NCBI GenBank assembly: GCA_046086225.1
Contig: JBJSXF010000125.1
Coordinates: 1 to 48,996 of the forward strand
Length of the DNA: 48,996 nt
Source: Actinomycetota bacterium
Lineage (GTDB): Bacteria > Actinomycetota > Acidimicrobiia > IMCC26256 > PALSA-610
Reading direction: 5' to 3'
The position numbers and the translations under genes are program-made. Below are positions 48,717 through 48,996 of the stretch, one piece after another. The notes beneath the pieces were generated by a model that was not told where the DNA came from, did no database searches, and saw only the letters and a program-made list of their open reading frames with translations. Within the stretch, counting starts at the first letter, position 1; each line of letters begins with the position of its first letter.

Positions 48717-48996
48717 CCGCCTGGATCGGCGGCCGCCTGCTCCCGCTCACCGAGGCCCGGGTCTCGGTGCTCGACCACGGGGTCACGGTCGGAAACGGGG
48801 TCTTCGAGACGCTTCGCGTCTACGGCGGTCGACCCTTCGCCTGGACCCGCCACCTCGCGCGCCTCCACCGCTCGGCCGAGGCCCTCGGACTCGAGGTTCC
48901 CGACGGTGACGATCTCCTCGATGCTGCCCGGGCCGTGCTCACCGCCGACGCGATCGCCGAGGGCCGCCTGCGGATCACGGTGACCGGCGGCATCGC
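48713..48996 (+). CDS. pabC: Class IV aminotransferase / aminodeoxychorismate lyase-like, 5' partial (runs off the window)
   Basis: ATG 48713 overlaps the pabB stop (ATGA). It translates MTAWIGGRLLPLTEARVSVLDHGVTVGNGVFETLRVYGGRPFAWTRHLARLHRSAEALGL, the typical N-terminus of PabC/IlvE-fold enzymes. Confidence 0.75.
   Translation, partial: MTAWIGGRLLPLTEARVSVLDHGVTVGNGVFETLRVYGGRPFAWTRHLARLHRSAEALGLEVPDGDDLLDAARAVLTADAIAEGRLRITVTGGI

Overview
GC-rich (over 70% by eye) chromosomal segment with actinobacterial hallmarks: LCP ligases, F420 genes fbiA/fbiB, DUF5719 and a SARP regulator. It is densely coded, with about 47 CDS. I saw no rRNA, tRNA, CRISPR array, transposase or integrase.

Layout:
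- 1-2.7 kb: a SARP regulator and a single-chain double TetR, divergent around a highly structured control region.
- 2.7-11.2 kb: a small-molecule/acyl-CoA metabolism cluster. It holds 2 VOC proteins, an SDR, an aldose epimerase, two family III CoA-transferases (one interrupted), an ACAD and an F420-type LLM oxidoreductase, plus yhhN-pdxH.
- 11.2-24.5 kb: housekeeping genes, all on the minus strand. These are ftsX-ftsE-prfB-secA, an orphan NarL-type response regulator, comF, mtnA, an SDR, ahcY, a SIS-type PGI/PMI, Trm112 and phosphomannomutase.
- 24.5-35.8 kb: envelope genes. These are a GT-C-like giant membrane protein, a CPBP protease, ftsH, and a translationally coupled trio of GT2-polytopic fusion, DUF5719 and membrane-anchored CxxC thioredoxin-like protein. 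A small helical-repeat protein follows.
- 35.8-38.1 kb: fbiA plus a split fbiB (cofE and a nitroreductase as separate ATGA-coupled genes).
- 38.1-47.5 kb: a nine-gene, tightly packed minus-strand glycan locus, in transcription order LCP, LCP, ugd, uxs, GT2, WbbL-like GT2, His-motif exported protein, manC, epimerase.
- 47.6 kb to the end: pabB-pabC.

Most of this is conserved core-genome synteny, not an accessory island. The most plausible under-described biology is the GT2/DUF5719/thioredoxin module and the UDP-xylose-containing LCP locus. There is also a recurrent leaderless-promoter signature.

All functional calls rest on motif recognition by eye. No searches were run.
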